Positions 43,275 to 55,385 of a stretch of 64,000 nucleotides of DNA are shown here, one piece after another. Each line of letters opens with the position of its first letter. The first letter of the stretch is position 1. The translations under genes were made by a program, and so were the position numbers. Below the pieces are notes generated by a model. That model was not told where the DNA came from. It searched no databases and worked only from the letters and a program-made list of their open reading frames with translations. This DNA is from Octopus sinensis (Eukaryota): the NCBI RefSeq assembly GCF_006345805.1, contig NC_043009.1:4588001-4652000 (forward strand), read 5' to 3'.

Positions 43275-43684
43275 GGATCTTTTCGGTTTGACCGGCAGTT
43301 TTTTTTAAATAATTTCCACGTAACTAAACACTTTTAAACTTCGTATACTGGTAGAATGTGTTTATAAAACATCTTTTTCTCTTGGCTTTATTGAGAAAAT
43401 TCTATAGTTTGTAAGATATTTGGGTTTTCTTTTTCCAATTTCCGCATTTTCAACCAATCAATGACGTCTATTGAGGTGAAACCATTCTGTGCCGTATGAA
43501 TATGTCCCTCGTTTAAGAAACAGTTGGGTTTATTTACATTTCAGAAGATACCCTTCCCCCCACCCCTAACCCTAACCCTAAAACAGATTGAAATGCAATA
43601 GATCGATACTAGGGTCATAATTATGGGTGACAATTTCATATGACGCCGCTAGAAAAAAACTGCCGTTCAAACCGAAAAGGATCC
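43275..43684. mobile_element. MITE copy 2 (Merlin-like: GG termini, 8-bp TSD)
   Basis: TIRs ggatcttttcggtttgaccggcag / ctgccgttcaaaccgaaaaggatcc; flanks aagaaaat / aggaaaat (7/8). Confidence 0.88.
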
Positions 43685-44347
43685 AGGAAAATCTACAGTC
43701 ATCAGAGGAACTCGATGGATTATTCGTGCATTATTACAATAAATGTAAACGGCTCGAATCCGTAATTATTTATAAGCCAACAGAGATATAAACGTCAACA
43801 ATAAAGTAAAATACATTTGGCAATAGAATATTGTTAATGAGTTTAATAATATAATACCTGGGTTAAATACAACAACGGTGAGGATAACATCGATATACAA
43901 GTGAGACGGTGTATTTCTAGCGTCAGCACATGGTGTTAGGAATAATTTATTAAATCGAACTTAGTACGTAAAGGACAGTGATTTTATCGACTGTAAAATG
44001 ATGAAATGTAATATCGGCTATCGCAGGATAAATCAGTGAACGTACGGCAGTATGATTAAAAGGCTTGCTTCGCAATCAAATTGTTTAGGGTTGGATCCAT
44101 CCGGGTAAAATGGACGGAAACGGTCACGAGGAAAATATACAGATAAAATTGTCACTGGAAAGTGCATCTTATTTTATTTAGATTTGATAAATAATGCAGA
44201 AGGGGCTGAAGTAATTAAGTATATAACGTTATTAGTCATTTATTAACTGGGAATACGTGTATTGAATATGTTAACGACGGAGTTTATACAATGGTTATGT
44301 TTATCAACGGTTCACATTTTACACAATGTCAAAATGGGAGAGCGTTT

Positions 44348-44765
44348 GGATCTTTTCGGTTTGAAGGACAGTTTTTTTTACATAATTTCTAGGTAACTAA
44401 AAAATTTTAAACTTCGTATACTGGTAGAATGTGTTTATAAAACATCTTTTTCTCTTGGCTTTATTGAGAAAATTCTATAGTTTGTAAGATATTTATTGTT
44501 TTTTTTCTTCAATTTCTGCAATTTCAACCAATCACTGATCTCTATTGAGTTAAAAAACATTCTGTGCCGTATGAATATGTCCCTCTTTTAAGAAGCAGAT
44601 TGGGTTTATTTACATTTGTGAAGAAAAAAAAGATACCTTCCCCCACCCCTAACCCTAACCCTAAAAGAGATTGAAATGCAATAGATCGATTCTAGGGTCA
44701 TAATTATGGGTGACAATTTCATATGACACCGCTAGAAAAAACTGCCGTTCAAACCGAAAAGATCC
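44348..44765. mobile_element. MITE copy 3
   Basis: Same TIRs; perfect 8-bp TSD GAGCGTTT at 44340-44347 and 44766-44773. Confidence 0.92.
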
Positions 44766-45388
44766 GAGCGTTTATATGTTTCTGTATGTCTGTTTATTTC
44801 AGTGTGAACTTTAAAAAAAATTATCCCGCTTTTTAAGCTCCATGTACTTTTCCTATAATCTCGCTACCGTAAAGGGTAGTCATATTGCAAAACGAATGTT
44901 TGCAAGCATTTATATATAGAAGAATATCTCTAAGTATGAAACATTTCTTCTGCCCCATAGTTGTAGGATTGAAGCCGAAGAGTGCCGTTTTTTTGGAAAA
45001 ATGCTAATGTTTCTGAGAATCCTGTTACAAACGTCCCTTCATCATTACCGAAACCACTACCACCAGAACAAGAAAAAGAAATGGTTCTGATGGAGATAAA
45101 AAAAACCCCGGTAATTTTAAGAGGAGATATTGTCGACTACAGTACCTGACTGGTATTCTGTTTTATCGAACCTGAAGGGTGTAGAGATAAAAGTCAAACT
45201 TGACATCGACATGATTTGAACTCAGAGCGTGAAAAGGCAGGCAAAATATTTTTCTCATGCTCAAACGACTCCTCCGATCCACCTCCATTGTGATATTGGC
45301 AGTTTCTAATTTAGAGATAAGAGTTGGCATACATGACTGGTACTGAATTTATCGACTCCGAAGAAAGCAATCAAACAGAAGACACGGG

Positions 45389-45799
45389 GGATCTTTTCGG
45401 TTTGAACGGCAGTTTTTAACATAATTTCTAGGTAACTAAAATATTTTAAACTTCGTATACTGGTTGAATGTGTTTATAAAATATTTTTCTCTTGGCTTTA
45501 TTGAGAAAATTCTATAGTTTCTATAATATTTGTTGTATTTTTTCAATCTGTGCAATTTCAACCAATCACTGACGTCTATTGAGGTAAAAAACATTCTGTG
45601 CCGTATGAATATGTCCCTCGTTTAAGAAAAAGATTGGGTTTATTTACATTTGTGAAGAAAAGAAAATACCATTCCCCCCACCCCTAACCCTAACCCTAAA
45701 GAGATTGAAATGCAATAGATCGATACTAGGGTCATAATCATGGGTGACAATTTCATATGACACCGCTAGAAAAAATTGCCGTTCAAATCGAAAAGTTCC
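45389..45799. mobile_element. MITE copy 4
   Basis: Same TIRs; flanks gacacggg / gacacgga (7/8). Confidence 0.88.
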
Positions 45800-46361
45800 G
45801 ACACGGATAATGTAGTTAGAAACTCTCTTAGAATTGTGCCAGATCGCCACCGTATTTCACATTGAATTCTTGTTACACTTGAACTCTAAGCATAACACAT
45901 ATTTAGATACACACAATAGATTCCTAATTCTTCTCCTCTACATCAAACCAGAAATAATAAAGATAACAGTATATGTTCCGTCAGCATCGCATACATTCAA
46001 AGCAAAGAGAAAATTCTAGAACTTGCAACTCTACAGAGCGTTAATTCAAACGAATTAATTACACTGTGACCATTGTCGGCGTGGGGAGAATAAAAACGAA
46101 AGTAATTATGGCTTTGTTTCAGTTAGATATCCAGTTTTCCGGGAAATAAAGTAAATTGTCCTCAACTCACTTATCTTTGAAATTGAGTTTTCATTTTTAA
46201 AATGTAATTCGATCCCGTAACACCATCAATAGCCACCAGCATGTCAAACTCAATTAGCAGCGGCGTTTTCTCTTTCTCTAACTAAACCCGAAAATGTATG
46301 TATATATGTATTTATAATGTATATATATACAGTACATATATATATATATATATATTATATA

Positions 46362-46423
<62 letters not shown>

Positions 46424-48249
46424 TATAATATATATGTATATAATATATGTCTATATATATATATATATGTGTTTTATATATATGTATATATATATGTATA
46501 TATTATATATATATGTGTATAATATATATGTATATATATGTATGTATATGTATATGTATATATATATATATGTTGTATATGTATATGTATGTATAATATA
46601 TATATGTATATATGTATATATATATGTATATGTATATATGTATATATACACACATGCTTGCGTCTGTGTGATGATGCTTTTTATTTTTTAAGAATTAAAA
46701 ATTAGTTGAGAGGTTAGTTGCTACAATCATTTTTAATTTACCGTCATCGAATTGATTTCGGAATACGAAGAACACACACACATACGCACACACCAAAATA
46801 TACACTCTGAATGCCTTAGTAATATTTACGATAGTTCAACCTCGATCAAATTCAGCTAGTGCTGCCGATTCACGTTCTATCCTGTTTTTCTTTCACTTCT
46901 TTTTTTTTTACTTCCTTCCTCACCCCCTCCAGTAACTTTGTCTAGTGCAATGCCTTTAATGTTCTCTCATCTTCAATCACTTAGGTTAGCTTTCATTCTT
47001 TTAATCTCTTACTTTCATGTCTCTTTCTCATATACATATATATATATATATATATAATGTTTGTTTTTTATACATAAAATATATGTATATATATATATAT
47101 GTATATATATGTGTGTGTGTGTGTGTGTGTATTTGTACGTACGGTGAGAGATAGAGAGTGATCACCATAAAACAACAGCATTAAAGAAAAAAAACAAAAT
47201 GGTGTGTATCAATTTTAACTACTGAAAAATTGTATTTTGAAGTTGATACTGTATCGTACAAAATACTAGTTTATAAATGTGTGGTCTACCCATTTTATCT
47301 TTGAATTTTAAATACTTGTTTGTATTTATCGTCTCCGTCATTCTTTGATGTTATTTTGAAAGGAAAACATAAACACACATTTATCAATGTGTGTGAGTAT
47401 CTATCTATATATATATATATATATATATATAATACATATGTATATATGCACGCAAATACACACACACTACATACATTCGTAACGGCACGAGCACATTCGG
47501 CTGACACATAAAAACATTGTCGACAATGTTTAAGTACATCTTCGCCATCTTATATCTTAGTGTTAGAAACACTATGATAGGTTGTATATGTAAGCTTTCA
47601 ACGGTCTTCCAAGCCAAACTATTAATTTTTATTCTTCAACGATATCATCACAGCAGTTAGACCCATAAATATAGAATAACCGCTGTAATAAAGAAAACTG
47701 TGAATGAAATAGTGACAACAATAGATTTTTGATAAATAATCACCAGGCCTCATCTAAGTTAAATCAAGCTGGATAGACAAATGTACTCTCTTCACTTTTC
47801 TTATAACTTCGAATGATATTCAGAGAAAGAGCCATTGTATGTCATTCCATATATTTGAAGTCAAAAGTGAGCAGTTGGACGGATAAAAAGCATTAAACAA
47901 ACTCTATTGGAAATGACTGATCCAGATTCTCATGTTTGCGGGAATAAATATTTAAGGTAATAAATGTAACAATAAAAACTAATCACAAACTAATTACGAT
48001 TGTTTCTTGTTGAGGAACAAAGCTAATAAACATTAATGGGAGAAAGTTGTTGATGGAAATCATATTGCCAATTTTTAACTGCTACTCTATGTTTATCGAG
48101 TCCGGAATTATTAAAGGCAATGTTAACTCCGGCATTAAATGAAGTCAAAACGTGTAAAGCCGAAACAAATATCACAAGTCATTCTGCTTAGTGGTCGAAT
48201 GGTTGTGCCAAATTGCCGTCCATGAAAGTAGTAATCTTTTCTACATCAA

Positions 48250-48585
48250 CTCCAGTGTTCAATTAGTACTTATTTTATCGACCCCGAAAGAATGAAAGGT
48301 AAAGTCGGCCTCGGGGCATTTTTGAACTCAGAACGTAGCGAAGGGAGAAATACCTATTTCTTTACTACCCACAAGGGGCTAAACACAGACAGGACAAACA
48401 AGGACAGACAAACGGATTAAGTCGATTATATCGACCCCAGTGCATAACTGGTACTTATTTAACCGACCCCGAAAGGATGAAAGGCAAAGTCGATCTCGTC
48501 GAAATTTGAACTCAAAACGGAGCGACAGGTGAAATACTGCTAAGAATTTCGTTCGGCGCGCTAACAATTCTTAAAGCTCGCCGCC
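48250..48585 (-). mobile_element. SINE family A dimer
   Basis: Same junction gaaataggtatttc. Confidence 0.85.
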
Positions 48586-48621
48586 TCAGTAATAATAATA
48601 ACAACAACAGCAACAATAATA

Positions 48622-49357
48622 CATGCCAGTGGCTCTCATGACTTTTGATCTTAACTGATTGGATGTGTTATCATTGCACATTGTTTTGTATTGGTATAAA
48701 AGATGGGCTACAGCAAATATTCTGCTCAATATCACAGATTTGCTTGTCAGTTGTTTGAGCTTAAACAGTTGAGCATGTCCCTTAGTGGCTGACGATATGT
48801 TCATCCCTGATCGCAAGCAGGAGTAGTGGGGGAGCATCATAGCCATGTGTTGAGAGGAATTCTTTGGGTGCTAGATTCCCTTGTTCGAAAATATAAAGAC
48901 ACAGATCATGTCGTTATAGCCAGCTGGAGACGATGTCTCCTGGGGCTAAATGACAGCAACATTCGTCCTAAGATAGGACTGCCATGTTATGTTGGCAAAC
49001 AATCCTTACTACAAAGTACTGTTGCTGAATATCCCACGTCGTGAGATTTAAAAATAGTAATTTTCGAATTCTTTGGGGTTCGGATAATTCACCTTTGAAA
49101 ACATGGGTGTTTCGTTCAACAGCCTTAAACATCCCTTATTCAGGGAACTTTTAAGCAGGATGGTTTATCAACCAGAAGAAAATTCTAACTGGGCCCACCT
49201 GCAAGGTCATGTGCTGTTTATCTTGATACGAGATTACCACATCGTGTACATATGGTTGTGATGCATGTGCCTGGTGTACCCTTATCAGATGATGGGTATA
49301 CTAGGCTTCGCATATTTTACCCCAGTGTCAACTTGATGGCATACACTGCTCTCTCAC

Positions 49358-49358
<1 letters not shown>
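48622..49358. mobile_element. Interspersed repeat flanked by (AAT/AAC)n, carrying a 197-bp nested insertion
   Basis: Resembles a common octopus repeat as I recall it; 12-bp direct repeat GAATTCTTTGGG at 48857-48868 and 49066-49077. Confidence 0.55.
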
Positions 49359-49430
<72 letters not shown>

Positions 49431-49469
49431 TAACAACACAAACAAACAATAATAATAATAATAATTTCC

Positions 49470-49589
49470 ACTCAAATGGCTTTGGTCGGCCAGAGGTTAT
49501 AGTAAAACACACTTGCCCAAGGTGCCACGTAATTTGACTGAACCCGGAACCATGCGGTTGGTAAGCAAGCTACTTACTACACTCCTGCA

Positions 49590-49590
<1 letters not shown>
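49470..49590 (-). mobile_element. SINE family B, 5' half
   Basis: cacttgcccaaggtgccacg...gaacccggaaccatg. Confidence 0.75.
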
Positions 49591-49633
<43 letters not shown>

Positions 49634-49856
49634 TAAGCCTGGCTCCACAGATTTTGAATAGGGCTCGAGTGGAATTGTTAAAGCGTCAGACAAAATTCTT
49701 CGGAACATTTCCTCCAAGGACGTCTTTGCCTGTCATTCTTTTTTCTACTTCTTTTCGTTAGGGGTGGGGGAGATTAAATACGTACCAAGCACTGGAGCCG
49801 ATGTAATCAATAATCTCCTTCCCTCAAAATTGTTAGCCTTGTACCAAACACTAAAA

Positions 49857-49919
<63 letters not shown>

Positions 49920-50269
49920 GTTATTATTATTATTATATTGCATAGCAATTAACAAGTGTAGATAAAACCTTATCAGATAGTGACGTTAACTATTGCTTTT
50001 AAGCACTGATTATAGGTTATCGATTTTGTTAGCATACTATGATAATGTTTTCAACTTTAAGCCTTATCAATTGATTCCTTATCAAAATTATCTGCTTTCT
50101 CTGTAATAAAGAGTATATTTGGACAACATAGGTATATATAAAACTATACACAAATATATTTGTGTGCGAATGGATAAGTCTGTAAGTATTTAGGACAGAA
50201 CAGAAAAAAATCGATTTAGATAAATAATATTGGATAATAAAATTATATAGATATATATGTAGATATATA

Positions 50270-50609
50270 GGCGCAGGCGTGGCTGTGTGGTAAGAGACTT
50301 GCTTCCCAACCACATGGTTCCTGGTTCAGTCCAGCTGCGTGGCAACTTAAGCAAGTGCCCTCTACTATAGATTCATTCCGACGAAAACCTTCTTAGTGGA
50401 TTTGGTAGACGGAAACAGAAAGAAGCCCGTTCTCTGTGTGTATGTGTTTGTCCTCCAGTCATCGCTTGGCACCCGATGTTTGTGTGTTTAGTTCCCGTAA
50501 ACTTGTCTGGGGTCGATTTTTCGACTAAAGGCCGTTAAATGAGTAATCAAATAAAGACCAAAGAATGAAAGATATATTATATATATTATATATAATATAA
50601 TATATATAG

Positions 50610-50641
<32 letters not shown>

Positions 50642-50840
50642 ATATATATTATATGGATTTATTAGATTGAAATTGAAAGAAGCACGTCGTGTGCGTGTTT
50701 ATGTACCAAACCGCTTGACTACCGGTTATGGTTGGTTTTCGTACCCGCAAACTACCATTTCGGCAAGGGGCCGATGGAATAAGTACCTGGCTTAAAAAAA
50801 GTAAGCCCCAGCATGGCCACACTATAATGGCTGAAAGATA
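50270..50840 (+). mobile_element. SINE family B copy (50270-50535) plus a 3' fragment (about 50690-50840)
   Basis: ggcgcaggcgtggctgtgtggtaag head; ccccagcatggcc tail. Confidence 0.75.
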
Positions 50841-50991
50841 AAATATTAAAGAATATATGTAATATAATATACATAAATGGATATAAATGTATTTATATAT
50901 ATTTGCATGTTTGCCTCTATATGCGATTATATATATATATACATACATACATACATACACACTATATATATATATACACACACACACACAC

Positions 50992-51028
<37 letters not shown>

Positions 51029-51294
51029 GAAGCATATCAAAGACAGAAGACATAGAGAGTTGAAAGGTAAATGAACTTTCACCTTGGACTGATCATTTCA
51101 AGTCTAATGCAGAACATCAGATGAATTTGTGGCAGGATACTTAAATAGCACAGATCATCGATATATCGAGATTAGGTGGGAAATGAACTGGCAGTAATTT
51201 ATTTTAAGATAATGTATTTTGAGATAGTGTATCAGTTCAAATGTTCTATGTGGTTGTTTATGTGCATATCGATACAACTATTTTGCACATCTAC

Positions 51295-51326
<32 letters not shown>

Positions 51327-51540
51327 AGTGTGCGTGTGTGCATGTATGTGTTTGTTTTCTCGTTCTATTATATGTTTGTCTGTTTGAAAAATATGACTAC
51401 AATCACAAATATCTGGCTAACAAATCTGTTTCGAAACCACATGTTTACGGGTTCAATGACACTTCACCTCACCTAGTTTGCATATATGTAAATATACATA
51501 TCTAAATGTGTGCATTTGTGTGCGTGTGTGTGTGTGTATG

Positions 51541-51576
<36 letters not shown>

Positions 51577-52701
51577 CTAAATTATTGGTATGTTGTTCTT
51601 GTGTGTAGGCACTGTTAAATAGACACATCGTAATGTATGGGTTCTTCAACTTATACAGTTTTTCATTAAAGTTGAAAGAAACTATCAGATAAAGAAGTCA
51701 ATCAACAAAAGGCGATACATATTGACATATTTCGCCGTAGTGTCATCATCAGGCTGAATTCAGCGAAGCATATTGCAAATGCTGTACGTCTCTGCCACTT
51801 CGGCGAAGTATGTGTGCTCGCGTGCACATTCAGCATCACTTTGCTTCTGTATATTATGCTAGCATAGGTTGGGCGGTTTCACAGATTCGGATATCTTTGA
51901 AGACTGTGTGATTCAAATGTCTGCTTTTGGTTTGTTTTCTACGCTTGACGCCGTTCCTAAGTCAAAACTCTTTACAGAATCCCTAATGTACTTCATGTCA
52001 CTCGCAGTTGTTTGATCGTCAAGCAGCATGCAAAACAAGAAACCTTGATTCACAGGGGTATAGTTTTGAGTGAGATGGTTTACGTCAGGTGTTGAACTGC
52101 AAGATTTTCACTGAATTCTTGGATCAGATGTCCTGCTATAAAGGAGATAATGGCTACTCCAATTAGACAACAATATTTGGGTAAATTTTAAGTACGTTTA
52201 AGGTATATGAGGGTGAATGTTGGGGATGGATTTAGAGGAGCAGGAGAGTGGGATACACTCTGATTGCGGGAGTATGAGATGAACGAGAGGTAGTTAATGG
52301 TTAAGGAAGTTAGAAGCAAGATCAATAGCCAATATCAGTTTAGGGAAGGGTGAAAGAAACAGGGGTGACCCATGGAAGAGGAACTGATATGTAGCTACAC
52401 ATGACAATGGGGTGGGGAGTAGCATTATAATAAATCCGTACAGCCAAGAAATAGGCAGGCGTAAACTATGGAGGAAAGGATGGGTACTCGGTGCTATACA
52501 CGAGTAAATATATATATATATATATAATATATATCAGAGAGAGACAGGGTGAGAGAGAGAGAGAGTGAGAGTGAGAGAGACAGACAGAGAGAAGAACAAT
52601 GGTGGAGGTTCGATGCCTGATATGAAACGGTGTTCAGATGTGGTGTGAGGTGAATTGAAAATGTACGGTGGGTGACATGGAAGGAGACTCGTTGCATGTG
52701 C

Positions 52702-52769
<68 letters not shown>

Positions 52770-52914
52770 GCCCTCTATATAATATATATATATATATATA
52801 TATACTAGAGAGAATGAATAACAAAGGCAAAGACTGTGAGGAGTTTTCAGGAAATTTATAAGGAAATAGTCTAGGATAACTTCGCTATAATATATATATA
52901 TATATATAGCATAT

Positions 52915-52991
<77 letters not shown>

Positions 52992-53459
52992 TATGTAAAG
53001 CTGTAATGTATGTGAAATCATTCAATTGATAGAATTCAACATCTCAAAGACAGTTCTAAATGCATTTAATCAGAATTTTGAATATTTATTACACCGAAAA
53101 GTTTCGTTGCGACTATGAAGATTCGTCGGTGAACGATTTTCCAAACTGCAGCATGGGTGAGATACAGAATTTGACGACCGTGCTGGAAGCCAATCACCAG
53201 TGTAACTTTGAAGTCACTATCAACCTGTTGCTCGTAAAAATAAATTTAATATTCACTTAAATATATCCTGAAAAATTTATACACCTCTGAGCTATTGACG
53301 TTTGAACATTCCCCACATCTTTCCTCGCCTTTCTTTTCACTTTAAAATTTGCTTTTTATTTTTCCTTTGGGAAGTCTATCGTCCACATTTCTCTGTATGT
53401 GGCTGTGACAGTCCAAATCTAAGCACTATATATATATATATAAATGTACGAGAGGAGGC

Positions 53460-53705
53460 CAAATGAAGATACAAATATGTTATATATTTATATATGTGTG
53501 TGTATATATACATATAATATATAATATATAGATATATATATTATATTATATATATATATGTATATATATGTATATATATATATAATATATAATATATATA
53601 TATATATATATACATATATTACATATATATGGATATGTATAATATATATTATATAGATATATACTATATATACAATATATATATATATTATACCGTATAT
53701 ATATA

Positions 53706-53737
<32 letters not shown>

Positions 53738-53800
53738 ATATATACAAATATATATATATATTATATGATATATTTATATATATATATATATATTATATAA
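53460..53800. repeat. Long imperfect (TA)n; similar tracts at about 16330-16500, 25890-26130, 34180-34580, 46300-46650, 54370-54615, 55220-55740 and 62615-62870
   Basis: Read directly. Confidence 0.95.
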
Positions 53801-54021
53801 TGTGTGTGTAGGATTGATCTATTTATCCACCAATACATGTTAGCAGAGTTGCGTGCGTGCGCGTAGCAGCTGATTTACAGTACATTGTTGGTTTATAGCT
53901 CAATTAATGACAAATAAATATATCTATATAGATATCGCATACATCTCAATTTTCTCTTAACAACAAACGGTTTATGAAGTCGATCTCTCTGTCTCTGTCT
54001 GTTTGTCACTCTATCTCTCTT

Positions 54022-54054
<33 letters not shown>

Positions 54055-54585
54055 TAAATGTATATATCTTATGAATTCTTTGTTTATGGTTTTTGTTATA
54101 TTTTTACTAGTTTTCTAATCTTTTCTTCGATTAGTTAAGCAATTTGTTTTATGTGTAAGTGAGTGTGGACTGAATGAAGTAACTTTTACTTTAAGATAGT
54201 TACTCGCATCTCGGATGGAATTTAACAATTTCACTAATTCGTTTTTATCTAGTTTTTATATTCTTCACCGAATAATGCAAACTTTTTTTTACTTATTTTT
54301 TACGTAGTAATTTTTTTCTGTATCTATATATTTTGTTTTGTCTTCGATAGATGATTATATTTATATCCTTTTATGATATATATATATATATATATTAATT
54401 TTAAATAATATATATATATATATATAACACTGAATTCGCGCACTATATATATATAGAAATATATGTCGTATGTATTTATATATATATTGTATGTATATCT
54501 AGATATATGTATATATATATATATAATATTATATATATAGATATATATATATATATATATAATATGTATATATATCTATGATATA

Positions 54586-54616
<31 letters not shown>

Positions 54617-55239
54617 CATAGGCGGCTTCTTGAAACCAATACAACTCTTCGTCTTTCCTGTACGAAATTTCTCGTTTCATTTCTTTTCATTTTTGTATTC
54701 TTAATGTATATTTTTTTGTTGTTTTTTTTATATTTGTTCCTTCGTTGTTGCTATTTCTGTCCTTCTGTTTTCCTCTCTTTCTTTTCGTAGTTCACATTTA
54801 TTGTTTCATAACAAAAGCAATATCGACAAACAACAACTACAACCCTATAAGCAAGCAAACCTTGTAGCCAGAAGATTAATAGTAACGTAGCATTAGCATC
54901 ACGAATATTTGTGAACAATAAAATACGTTCTTGACTTGTGATATTTTCGTTGCTAGGTGATAAACCTACTTCATTGACTACTCGATTTCAAAATAACCTA
55001 TCCAAAATTGTTTGCCATATGCATAATAGATAGACAGATAGATAGATAGAGAGATAGATAGACAGATAGATAGACTGATAGATAGATAGATAGATACATA
55101 GAGAGGGAGAGAAAGAAAGAGGCAGAGAGACAGGTAAGTGACGTTCATCATGTGTGGGTTGATTATCTGTACGTAAATCGTGTATTTGTACGTATTATAT
55201 ATGAATACAAACTCAGATATATATATCCGTCAATGTATG

Positions 55240-55282
<43 letters not shown>

Positions 55283-55354
55283 GTATGTATATATATATAT
55301 GTATATATATAGATATATATATATATATATATAATATATGTATATTACATGTAT

Positions 55355-55385
<31 letters not shown>

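Noticed and set aside
43560-43580. Interstitial telomere
   Set aside because: Only 2-3 CCCTAA units, and they are an integral part of the MITE
53060-53260. Cys-containing ORF (YTEKFRCDYED...) as an alternative exon after exon D
   Set aside because: The AG at 53072-53073 is phase-compatible, but joining gives TG+A = TGA at the Cys position. The pyrimidine tract is weak, there is no good donor and I see no SECIS evidence. Exon E fits far better
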